Assembly: GCA_965223265.1 (NCBI GenBank)
Contig: OZ244999.1
Span: 6,688,001 to 6,752,000 of the forward strand
Reading direction: 5' to 3'
DNA: 64,000 nt
Origin: Planctomycetota bacterium
GTDB taxonomy: Bacteria; Planctomycetota; UBA8108; SXIK01
Below, piece after piece: positions 8,812 through 20,500 of the stretch. Under the pieces are notes generated by a model. That model saw only the letters and a program-made list of their open reading frames with translations. It searched no databases and was not told the origin of the DNA. The translations under genes were made by a program, and so were the position numbers. Numbering within the stretch: position 1 is the stretch's first letter; every line of letters starts with the position of its first letter.

Positions 8812-9924
8812 GTGTCCGAACGAACCTACAACCAACTCGTCAGCTACATTGCGCCTGCGGCGCCGGCAACGAGGCGACCATACCGCGGCGACGAGGCATT
8901 AGTGCGGCCGGAGATCGGCTTCACGCCCAAATGGTATCGCCAGCACGTGGATGTCGAGTTTGGAGAGCGTTGGCACACGGACCCGGCATACCGCCATGAA
9001 ACGGTTCGTCGGATGAGCAAGGTACTCGCGGAACGATTCCCGGGTACAAACATTGGGAACGTCAAAGACGTAGATGATCCTGCGGACATTCTCACTGGTA
9101 CGTTCGGGGCTTCTTTCGTCGCAGCGATTTACGGCGTTCCGATCGACTACCAGGAAGAAAACTGGCCTTGGAGCCAACACAAGTTCCTCAGCGACGAGGA
9201 GGCGGGCCGCTTGCAGCCGGCTGATCTCGACTCGAACCCCTTCTTCGCTGAGTTCATGGAGCAAGTCGAGTGGATCGCGCGCCAAAAGGGTCACGTCGAA
9301 GGCTACGTCAATTGGCAAGGAATCATCAACAATGCGTATCGACTCCGCGGTGAAGAGCTCTTCATCGACATGGTTGCTGAGCCAGAGCGGGCTCGAAACG
9401 TCTTCGAATGCATTACGCAAACCATGATCGATGGAGCTCGACGCCTCTACGCGCGACAACGCGACAGCGGCGTCGACAACCAGCATTTCACCGTGAGCAA
9501 TTGTTTAGCCAACATGGTGTCGCCGGAACACTACGCGGAGTTCTTGCTGCCATGTGACCGGAGGTTGTCGGAAGAGTTCGGAATCCTCGGAGTTCACAAC
9601 TGCGCGTGGAACGCTGACGGACTCATTGATCACTACGCCTCAATTCCGAATGTCGCTTACGTCGATATGGGCCAGGACTCAGATCTAGATCGAGCCACCG
9701 CCGCGTTCCCTAACACCCGCCGCGCCATCATGTACACCCCGATGGATGTGAAGGATAAGTCGAGCGAGGAAATTCGGAGAGACTTCGAGGCGATCGCACG
9801 CAAATTCGGGAGCTGCGACATCGTCTGCGCTGATATCGAGGCAGGAACTCCGGACAACCGAGTCCTCGAGCTTGTACGCATCTGCGCGGATCTGTCAGAG
9901 CGACTCGCCGACGATCGGCTTTGA
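8812..9924 (+). CDS. URO-D / MtaA-CmuA-like methyltransferase-fold protein
   Basis: NNAYRLRGEELFIDM, MVSPEHYAEFLLPCD, VHNC (HxC), IEAGTPDNRV; gagga RBS; located in the corrinoid cluster. Confidence 0.75.
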   Translation: MSERTYNQLVSYIAPAAPATRRPYRGDEALVRPEIGFTPKWYRQHVDVEFGERWHTDPAYRHETVRRMSKVLAERFPGTNIGNVKDVDDPADILTGTFGASFVAAIYGVPIDYQEENWPWSQHKFLSDEEAGRLQPADLDSNPFFAEFMEQVEWIARQKGHVEGYVNWQGIINNAYRLRGEELFIDMVAEPERARNVFECITQTMIDGARRLYARQRDSGVDNQHFTVSNCLANMVSPEHYAEFLLPCDRRLSEEFGILGVHNCAWNADGLIDHYASIPNVAYVDMGQDSDLDRATAAFPNTRRAIMYTPMDVKDKSSEEIRRDFEAIARKFGSCDIVCADIEAGTPDNRVLELVRICADLSERLADDRL

Positions 9925-9938
9925 CATGTCGAGGCGCG

Positions 9939-11450
9939 TCAGGAAACAACCGCCTCAATTCTCACCGACAGTTGCGACCACCTGACAACGCGATTTCGTC
10001 CCCCGTTCTTCGCGGCGTAGAGTGCTCGATCGGCGCGATCGATGAGGACTGCGAGATCCCTGAGTTCGTGTTGTCTCTGAGCGACCCCAAAACTCGAAGT
10101 CACGGTGAATCCGAACTCGTTGCAAGACGCCACTCGCCGACGAATCTCCTCAGCCACCTCAGCTGCACCTGACTCGTTGACATCGCGCAGCGCGACGCAA
10201 AACTCCTCTCCTCCATAGCGGCACACCGCGTCACTGTCATTGACAACTTCTTGCACGATGTCAGAGACACGTTGGATCACCTTGTCTCCCATCGCGTGAC
10301 CGTGCGTGTCGTTGATACTCTTGAATCGATCGATGTCTAGCATAATGCATGAAAGAGGAGCACCCGAATTCTGAGCGATCAACAGCTCTGTTTCAAAGAT
10401 CTCAAAGAAAGAACGTCGATTCAGGCACCCAGTTAATGGATCTCGCGTCGCGAGATAGCGAAGCTCCTTGTTCTTGCGGTCCACATCGTCACGCGATCGC
10501 TTGAGCATCAGTACCATCTGCTGCAGTTGATCGTTCTTCTCCTCTATATTTGTCACGTCATCGAAAGTTACCAACGCGCCGCGAACTCTACCGTCCGGTG
10601 ATTGAATCACCGAGCTGTTGATCACCAGCGTTCGTGTTCCGGCGGCTGGCGTCGACAAGAACAGCGGCACACCGACGATGCCGCGCCCTTCTTTGATCGT
10701 GTCTAACCACGGAAAATTGGCTTCTTCACGTGCATCCCGTGCGTTGACCCAAGGGAGCTTCGACAGCCGCTCCCCCATCAACGACGAAGAAGGTCGTCCA
10801 ACTTTTTGCGCAAACGCCAGATTAGCAAGAACGATCTGTCCTTTAGCGTCGATCAGGACGACACCTTCGGCAAGCGCATCCAACGTACGTTTGACGCGCT
10901 TCGGCACGACGCTTGATGGATCCAACTGACGGAGAGTGCGTTTGATGAAGGTGAGGAAGAGAAAAAAACCCATCACACCGACGAAAAGTGCCGTCGCGAT
11001 AAAGTGACTCACGCCGGTCCCGAAAACGCCTCGGCGGAACTTCTCGAAACGAAGTTCCAGTGTTCCCCACCGACTGCCCGCATTAAAAATTGGAACTTTT
11101 GCGTGCGTCGGGGTCGAATACTCCCCCGCCTGTCGCCCCCAGTACTCTGCGTGGTTCTCGGTGTTGATGAGGAGCTCTCCATCGAGGCTTCTCAGGCCCA
11201 CCGATCGGATGTCCGAGTTTCGGCTCGTTACTGCGACGATCGTTTGGCGCACGGCCTCATAGTCGCTACGGCCTGCCGCCATCGAGACTTGAACGGCCAA
11301 CGACTCACAAAACCGCTTGCGTGCGTCCATGGCCGACCGATTCGGATCCGGCATCAACCCGATCCATTCGGCGATCACGAGGACGCTGACAGTCAGCAGC
11401 GCCAAACCTAAACTGATTCCGACCGAGGGTGACAGGCGACTCAGTCTCAT
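9939..11450 (-). CDS. Membrane-bound PAS-GGDEF diguanylate cyclase
   Basis: Two hydrophobic helices flanking a periplasmic region; PAS (LDALAEGVVLID...LANLAF); DPLTGCLNRR, DIDRFKSINDTHGH, RYGGEEF, AKNGGRNR; gggag RBS before ATG 11450. Confidence 0.93.
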   Translation of the reverse strand: MRLSRLSPSVGISLGLALLTVSVLVIAEWIGLMPDPNRSAMDARKRFCESLAVQVSMAAGRSDYEAVRQTIVAVTSRNSDIRSVGLRSLDGELLINTENHAEYWGRQAGEYSTPTHAKVPIFNAGSRWGTLELRFEKFRRGVFGTGVSHFIATALFVGVMGFFLFLTFIKRTLRQLDPSSVVPKRVKRTLDALAEGVVLIDAKGQIVLANLAFAQKVGRPSSSLMGERLSKLPWVNARDAREEANFPWLDTIKEGRGIVGVPLFLSTPAAGTRTLVINSSVIQSPDGRVRGALVTFDDVTNIEEKNDQLQQMVLMLKRSRDDVDRKNKELRYLATRDPLTGCLNRRSFFEIFETELLIAQNSGAPLSCIMLDIDRFKSINDTHGHAMGDKVIQRVSDIVQEVVNDSDAVCRYGGEEFCVALRDVNESGAAEVAEEIRRRVASCNEFGFTVTSSFGVAQRQHELRDLAVLIDRADRALYAAKNGGRNRVVRWSQLSVRIEAVVS

Positions 11451-11544
11451 CCGCACTCCCGACCCGAGGGTCTGACGCGGGAGGACGAGACGGTGGCGAT
11501 CTTCCCGTCAGGCGGTAAGTCGCGATCTCTGGCGGTTTTGCCTC

Positions 11545-14500
11545 TCATCCAAGCAAGTCTCCCAACTGTTCACCTTCCTCTTCTTCTTCTCGGCGTACCT
11601 CCCGTTCGCGCTTCGTCTTTTCATGCGCCGATAACGCGAGGATCGGCATGGGATCGAACCACACCCAGATCGGCACCGTCGACAGGAAGCTCGTCAGCAA
11701 GGACCCGGCCCGAAGCAGCCAAGTGACGAACCCAACGCTCAAGACCAGCGACGTTACTTGGAGCGAGGTTGAAAAGAAGCTTTGACCATCGTCATCGTCC
11801 GACTCGCTCGCGTCGATCTCATTTCCCATAACATCCAAAGCTTCCCAAAACGCGGCGCTCATAGGAGAGAGTCTCTCGACGATACGCACCTCGGTGGCTA
11901 GCTCGTCTTCGAGTTCCACATCTGGCACGTGGACGTCGATGTCGCTCGTGGTGTAGACCACTTCGACGGGATCAATCGGTGCTATCGGGTCGATCGCAGG
12001 GACGATGCGCGGACGAGGATCCGTTGGGCGAGGCTGCCCGGGAGTGGGACTTTGGTTGGGCGCTACAGGCCCTGGGCTGTCCTCACTCGGCGGCTGAGGA
12101 AGATCCGGCGATTCGTTGGGCGAGGGGGCGTCGACGTCGACGTCGCCGCCGGAGCCGTCGCTATCATCGGTTCCGTCGCTGTCGGACCCCGTATCGTCGG
12201 GAGTCTCTGGCGCGGTCGATTCGGGTTCTTCGCCGGGTGGCGGCGGCTCGGGATCGTCAAACGGATCACTATCCGGAGGACCGGCGTCTGGCACGAACGT
12301 CGAGCCACTCAATTGCACCGTGACGACGGCCGCTGTCGAAAGCGTAGGCACGCCCGAGTCTTCTACAAGCACCACCAGGTTGTAGGTCGGTAGGGCGACT
12401 GGGTCGAGAGCGGTGCTGTCGTTGACACTTACCACGCCGCTGTTCGGATCGATCGCGAATGCGTTACCGGTATTGCCGGACACGAAAGAGAACGTTAGGA
12501 CGTCGCCCATGTCAGGGTCACTGGCCGGCACGATTCCGACCACGGTGCCATTGACACTGCTCGCCACATCGAGAGTGACGGTGAAAGATGAAGCAACGGG
12601 CACGTCGTTGACGCTGGTCACGTCGATCGTCATCATGCGTGCGGCGGTGTCCGTATCGGTGCCGCTGTTGAGCGTGCCGCCATCGTCTTGAACTTGGAAC
12701 GTGAACGAGTCGTAGCCTGTGCCGTGGGCATCAGCCACGGGCTTAAACTTCAGGCGTCCCGCGGCGATGTCAGCGGCGCTGATCGCATCGAGCGCCGAGG
12801 CCGCCTCGCCGGCGTCCACCACGCCGTCGAGGTCTGTGTCTACATAGAGCGTGCCTGTTGACGTCGTTGTCGTCGCGATCACATTGAGGAGCGCGTTGGC
12901 CGGGCTGTCGCTGGGGTCGGTGAAGCCGAAGTCGCCTGTAGTGAACACATAGTCTGTGTCCTCTAGCGTCGTCACCGTGTTCGCTGTGCCCACCGGTGCA
13001 TCGTTGACGCTGGTAACGTCGATCGTCATCGTCCGAGGCGTCGGATCGGTGTCGACGCCGCTGTTCAGCGTGCCGCCGTCGTCTTGCACTTGGAACGTGA
13101 ACGACTCGTAGCCCGCGCCGTGGGCATCCGCCACCGGCCGGAACTTCAGGCGTCCCGCGGCGATGTCGCCGGCGCTGATGGCGTCGAGCGCCACCACAGC
13201 CTCTCCAGCGTCTACGACACCATCGAGGTCGGCATCGACGTAGAGCGAGCCAGTCGACGTTGTCGTCGTGGCGATCACATTGAGGAGCGCGTTCGCCGGG
13301 CTGTCGCTGGGGTCGGTGAAGCCGAAATCACCAGCCGTGAACACGTAGTCTGTGTCCTCTAGCGTCGTCACCGTGTTCGCTGTGCCCACCGGTGCGTCGT
13401 TGACGCTGGTGGCGTCGATCGTCATCACGCGCGCCGTGGTGTCCGTATCCACGCCGCTGTTCAGCGTGCCGCCATCGTCCTGAACCTGGAATGTGAACGA
13501 GTCGTAGCCCGTACCGTGAGCGTTCGGCGCTGGCTGGAACTTCAGCTGGCCAGCGGCGATGTCGGCGGCGCTGATCGCGTCGAGTGCCGAGACTGCTTCC
13601 CCAGCGTCGACCACGCCGTCGAGGTCAGCGTCGACGTAAAGCGTGCCGACCGATGGCGTCGTCGTGGCGACTATATTGAGGAGCGCGTTGGCTGGACTGT
13701 CGTTCGGATCGGTGAAGCCGAAATCGCCCGCGGTGAACACGTAGTCCGTGTCTTCAAGTGTCGTCACCGTGTTCGCCGTGCCTACGGGCGCGTCGTTAAC
13801 ACTCGTCACATCGATCGTCATGCTCCGCGGCGTCGGATCGGTGTCGACGCCGCTGTTCAGCGTGCCGCCGTCATCCTGAACCTGGAACGTGAACGAGTCG
13901 TAGCCCGCGCCATGGGCATCCGCCACAGGCCGGAACTTCAGACGACCCGCGGCGATGTCGGCGGCGCTGATCGCGTCGAGCGCAGCGACTGCCTCGCCGG
14001 CATCGACGACGCCGTCGAGGTCCGCGTCAACATACAGCGTGCCCGTTGACGTCGTCGTCGTGGCGATCACGTTCAGAAGTGCGTTCGCCGGGCTGTCGTT
14101 CGGGTCCGTGAAGCCGAAATCGCCCGCGGTGAACACGTAGTCCGTGTCTTCAAGTATCGTCACCGTGTTCGCCGTGCCGACGGGCGCGTCGTTGACACTC
14201 GTCACATCGATGGTCATCACCCGCGCGGTGGTGTCTGTATCAGCGCCGCTGTTGAGCGTGCCGCCATCGTCTTGAACTTGGAACGTGAACGAGTCGTAGC
14301 CTGTGCCGTGGGCATCCGCCACAGGCTGGAACTTCAGGCGGCCAGCCGCGATGTCGGCGGCGCTGATCGCGTCGAGTGCGGCGACGGCTTCCCCAGCGTC
14401 GACGACGCCATCGAGGTCGGCGTCCACATAGAGCGTACCTGTTGACGACGTCGTCGTGGCGATTACATTGAGGAGCGCGTTGGCTGGACTGTCGTTCGGA

Positions 14501-17500
14501 TCGGTGAAACCGAAATCGCCCGCGGTGAACACGTAGTCCGTGTCTTCAAGTGTCGTCACCGTGTTCGCCGTGCCTACGGGCGCGTCGTTAACACTCGTCA
14601 CATCGATCGTCATGCTCCGCGGCGTCGGATCGGTGTCGACGCCGCTGTTCAGCGTGCCGCCGTCATCCTGAACCTGGAACGTGAACGAGTCGTAGCCCGC
14701 GCCATGGGCATCCGCCACAGGCCGGAACTTCAGACGACCCGCGGCGATGTCGGCGGCGCTGATCGCGTCGAGCGCAGCGACTGCCTCGCCGGCATCGACG
14801 ACGCCGTCGAGGTCCGCGTCAACATACAGCGTGCCCGTTGACGTCGTCGTCGTGGCGATCACGTTCAGAAGTGCGTTCGCCGGGCTGTCGTTCGGGTCCG
14901 TGAAGCCGAAATCGCCCGCGGTGAACACGTAGTCCGTGTCTTCAAGTATCGTCACCGTGTTCGCCGTGCCGACGGGCGCGTCGTTGACACTCGTCACATC
15001 GATGGTCATCACCCGCGCGGTGGTGTCTGTATCAGCGCCGCTGTTGAGCGTGCCGCCATCGTCTTGAACTAGGAACGTGAACGAGTCGTAGCCTGTGCCG
15101 TGGGCATCCGCCACAGGCTGGAACTTCAGGCGGCCAGCCGCGATGTCGGCGGCGCTGATCGCGTCGAGTGCGGCGACGGCTTCCCCAGCGTCGACGACGC
15201 CATCGAGGTCGGCGTCCACATAGAGCGTACCTGTTGACGACGTCGTCGTGGCGATTACATTGAGGAGCGCGTTGGCTGGACTGTCGTTCGGATCGGTGAA
15301 ACCGAAATCGCCCGCGGTGAACACGTAGTCCGTGTCTTCAAGTGTCGTCACCGTGTTCGCCGTGCCGACGGGCGCGTCGTTGACGCTCGTCACATCGATG
15401 GTCATGGTCCGAGGCGTCGGATCGGTGTCGACGCCGCTGTTCAAAGTGCCGCCGTCGTCCTGAACCTGGAACGTGAACGAGTCGTAGCCCGTGCCCGTAG
15501 CGCCTGGCACCGGCTGGAACTTCAGGCGGCCAGCTGCGATGTCGGCGGCGCTGATCGCGTCGAGCGCCGCGACGGCTTCCCCAACGTCGACGACGCCATC
15601 GAGGTCCGTGTCGACATAGAGCGTGCCCGTTGACGTCGTTGTCGTCGCGATCACATTGAGGAGCGCGTTGGCGGGGCTGTCGCTGGGGTCGGTGAAGCCG
15701 AAGTCGCCTGTAGTGAACACATAGTCTGTGTCCTCTAGCGTCGTCACCGTGTTCGCCGTGCCGACGGGCGCGTCGTTGACACTCGTCACGTCGATGGTCA
15801 TCACCCGCGCGGTGGTGTCAGTATCAGCACCGCTGTTGAGCGTGCCGCCATCGTCTTGCACTTGGAACGTAAAGGAGTCGTAACCCGCGCCATGGGCATC
15901 CGCCACCGGCTGGAACTTCAGGCGACCTGCGGCGATGTCGGCCGCGCTGATCGCGTCGAGTGCCGCGACGGCTTCCCCAGCGTCGACCACACCGTCGAGG
16001 TCGGCATCGACATACAGCATGCCGACCGACGTCGTTGTCGTCGCGATCACATTGAGGAGCGCGTTGGCGGGGCTGTCGCTGGGGTCGGTGAAGCCGAAAT
16101 CACCAGCCGTGAACACGTAGTCTGTGTCCTCTAGCGTCGTCACCGTGTTCGCCGTGCCCACCGGTGCGTCGTTGACGCTGGTGACGTCGAGCGTCATCGT
16201 CCGAGGCGTCGGATCGGTGTCGACGCCGCTGTTCAGCGTGCCGCCGTCGTCCTGAACCTGGAACGTGAACGAGTCGTAGCCCGTGCCCGTCGCACCTGGT
16301 ACCGGCTGGAACTTCAGGCGACCGGCGGCGATGTCCGCCGCACTGATCGCATCGAGCGACGCGACTGCTTCGCCGACGTCGACTACGCCATCGAGATCCA
16401 CGTCGACATATAGCGTGCCGACCGATGTCGTCGTCGTGGCGATCACGTTCAAGAGTGCGTTGGCTGGACTATCGTTCGGATCGGTGAAACCGAAATCGCC
16501 CGCGGTGAACACGTAGTCCGTGTCCTCAAGTGTCGTCACGGTGTTCGCTGTGCCCACCGGTGCATCGTTGACGCTGGTGACATCGATCGTCATGGTCCGC
16601 GGCGTCGGATCGGTATCAACGCCGCCATTCAAAGTGCCGCCGTCGTCCTGAACCTGGAACGTGAACGAGTCGTAGCCCGTGCCCGTCGCACCTGGCACCG
16701 GCTGGAACTTTAGGCGGCGAGCGGCGATGTCGGCGGCGCTGATCGCGTCGAGCGCCGAGACTGCTTCGCCGGCGTCGACCACGCCGTCGAGGTCAGCGTC
16801 AACATACAGTGTGCCCGTTGACGTCGTCGTCGTGGCGATCACATTGAGGAGCGAGTTGGCCGGGCTGTCGTTCGGGTCCGTGAACCCGAAATCGCCCGCG
16901 GTGAACACGTAGTCCGTGTCTTCAAGTGTCGTCACCGTGTTCGCCGTGCCGACGGGCGCGTCGTTGACACTCGTCACATCGATGGTCATCACCCGCGCGG
17001 TGGTGTCTGTATCAGCGCCGCTGTTGAGCGTGCCGCCATCGTCTTGAACTTGGAACGTGAACGAGTCGTAGCCTGTGCCGTGGGCATCCGCCACAGGCTG
17101 GAACTTCAGGCGGCCAGCCGCGATGTCGGCGGCGCTGATCGCATCGAGCGACGCGACTACTTCGCCGACGTCGACTACGCCATCGAGATCCACGTCGACA
17201 TATAGCGTGCCTGTTGACGTCGTTGTCGTCGCGATCACATTGAGGAGCGCGTTGGCCGGGCTGTCGTTCGGGTCGGTGAAGCCGAAGTCGCCTGTAGTGA
17301 ACACATAGTCTGTGTCCTCTAGCGTCGTCACCGTGTTCGCTGTGCCCACCGGTGCATCGTTGACGCTGGTGACGTCGATCGTCATCGTCCGAGGCGTCGG
17401 ATCGGTGTCGACGCCGCTGTTCAAAGTGCCGCCGTCGTCCTGAACCTGGAATGTGAACGAGTCGTAGGTCGTGCTGTGAGCGTTCGCTGCCGGCTGGAAC

Positions 17501-20500
17501 TTCAGGCGTCCCGCGGCGATGTCGCCGGCGCTGATGGCGTCGAGCGCCACCACAGCCTCTCCAGCGTCTACGACACCGTCGAGGTCGGCATCGACATACA
17601 GCGTGCCGACCGACGTCGTCGTCGTGGCGATCACGTTCAAGAGTGCGTTCGCCGGGCTGTCGTTCGGGTCCGTGAACCCGAAATCGCCCGCGATGAACAC
17701 GTAGTCCGTGTCTTCTAGCGTCGTCACCGTGTTCGCCGTGCCGACCGGTGCGTCATTGACGCTCGTCACGTCGATGGTCATCACCCGCGCGGTGGTGTCT
17801 GTATCAGCGCCGCTGTTGAGCGTACCGCCATCGTCCTGGACCTGAAACGTGAACGAGTCGTAACCCACGCCCGTAGCGCCTGGCACCGGCCGGAACTTCA
17901 GACGACCCGCGGCGATGTCGGCCACACTGATCGAGTCCAAGGCCGTCACTGCTTCACCGCCGTCCACGACACCGTCGAGGTCGGCATCGACATACAGCGT
18001 GCCGACCGACGTCGTCGTCGTGGCGATCACGTTCAAGAGTGCGTTCGCCGGGCTGTCGTTCGGGTCCGTGAACCCGAAATCGCCCGCGATGAACACGTAG
18101 TCCGTGTCTTCAAGTGTCGTCACCGTGTTCGCCGTGCCTACGGGCGCGTCATTGACGCTCGTCACATCGATGGTCATCGTCCGCGGCGTCGGATCGGTGT
18201 CGACGCCGCCATTCAAAGTGCCGCCGTCGTCCTGGACCTGGAACGTGAACGAGTCGTAGCCCGCTCCATGGGCATCCACCGCGGGCTGGAACTTCAGACG
18301 ACCGGCAGCGATGTCGGCGACGCTGATCGCGTCAAGCGCAGCGACAGCTTCACCTGCGTCGACCACGCCGTCGAGGTCAGCGTCGACGTAGAGCGTTCCC
18401 GTCGAGGTAGTCGTGCTTGCGATCACGTTCAGTAGCGCGTTCGCCGGACTGTCGTTCGGATCACTGAAGCCAAAGTCACCCGCCCCAAAAACGTAGTCCG
18501 CGCCCTCGAGAGTTGTGACCGTATTCGCTGTGCCCGCGGGCGCATCGTTCACCGCGGTGATGTCCACGTTGACGCTGCCGAGGATCACTGTTCCGCCACC
18601 GCCGCTTCCGGTGTGCCCGCCGTCACTGATTTCTATTTGGATAGCGTCGGCGTTGTCGCCGGCGGTGTGGATCGTCCCATGCTGGTATAGAATCCGTACG
18701 GGCGAATCGATGAACGAATTGAGGTCGGCGACCGACCCGATCAGCGACAAAATCCCGGTACCACTTCCGAACACGGTGACGTCGACATCGGAAGACGACA
18801 CAAGATTCCCACCAGTACTCGTACGCAACGTCAAAGTGACCAACTGATTGCCAGAGTCGACGTCACTGAGATCGATGGCAGACAGGTCGATGAAGCTAGC
18901 AACGTCCTCGATCACGGTCAAATCGGTTGGTAGTGATCCAACGTTGGTGGGGTCGTCGTTAACGGCTGTCACGTCAATCGTCATCGTCCGTGGCGTCGGA
19001 TCAGTGTCGACGCCGCTGTTCAGCGTGCCGCCATCATCCTGAACCTGGAAAGTAAACGTCGTGTACGGCGTCCCACTTGCATCCGCCACGGGCTGGAACT
19101 TCAGGTTCCCTGCCGCGATGTCAGCACTGCCAATCGAATCGAGCGCTGCGACAGCCTCGCCAGCGTCGACGGTGCCATCAGCGTCGGCGTCGACATAGAG
19201 CGTGCCAGCTGACGGTGCTGTTGCCACCACCACGTTCAGAAGCGTGTTCGAAGGGCTGTCGTTCGGGTCCGTGAAGCCAAAATCTCCGGCGACGAAGACG
19301 TAGTCGGTGTCTTCGTTTGTGGTCACGGTATTGTTCGAACCAACAGGTGCATCATTGACGCTCGTCACATCGATTGCCATCGTCCGCGCGGTGGTGTCCG
19401 TGTCGACGCCACCGTTGAGCGCACCACCATCATCCTGCACTTGGAACGTGAACGAGTCGTAGCCCGTGCCGTGGGCATCCGCCACCGGCTGGAACTTCAG
19501 GCGGCCAGCGGCGATGTCGGTCGCACTGATCGCATCGAGCGCAACGACTGCTTCGCCGACGTCGACTACGCCATCGAGATCTGCGTCTACATAGAGCGTG
19601 CCAGCCGTCGTCGTCGTCGCGGCAATCACGTTGAGCAGCGCGTTCGCTGGGCTGTCGTTCGGATCAGTGAAACCGAAGTCGCCCGCAGCGAACACATAGT
19701 CCGTGTCCTCCAGCGTCGTCACCGTGTTCGCTGTGCCGACGGGTGCGTCGTTGACGCTGGTGACGTCGATGGTCATCGTCCGCGGCGTCGGATCGGTGTC
19801 CATGCCGCTGTTGAGCGTGCCGCCGTCATCCTGCACTTGGAACGTAAACGAGTCGTAGCCCGTGCCATGGGCATCAGCCACCGGCTGGAACTTCAGGCGG
19901 CCAGCTGCGATGTCGGCCGCACTGATCGAGTTCAGGGCAACCACCGCTTCACCCGCGTCCACCACGCCGTCAAGATCCGCGTCAACATAGAGCGTGCCCG
20001 TTGACGTCGTCGTCGTGGCGATCACATTGAGAAGTGCGTTCGACGGGCTGTCGTTCGGGTCAGTGAAACCGAAATCGCCCGCCGTGAACACGTAGTCTGT
20101 GTCTTCCAGTGTCGTCACGGTGTTCGCGGTGCCCACCGGCGCGTCGTTAACGCTCGTCACGTCGATCGTCATGGTCCGCGGCGTCGGATCGGTGTCCACG
20201 CCGCCGTTGAGCGTACCACCATCATCCTGCACCTGGAACGTGAAGGAGTCGTAGCCCGTGCCGTGGGCATCAGCCACCGGCTGAAATTTGAGACGACCAG
20301 CAGCAATGTCCACGGCACTGATGGAGTCCGAAGCCGCCACCGTTTCACCCGCATCCACAACACCGTCGAGATCCGCGTCGACGTAAAGCGTTCCCACCGA
20401 CATCGTTGTCGTTGCGATCACGTTGAGGAGCGCGTCCGCCGGGCTGTCGTTCGGGTCACTGAAGCCAAAGTCGCCGGTCGTGAACACGTAGTCCGTGTCC

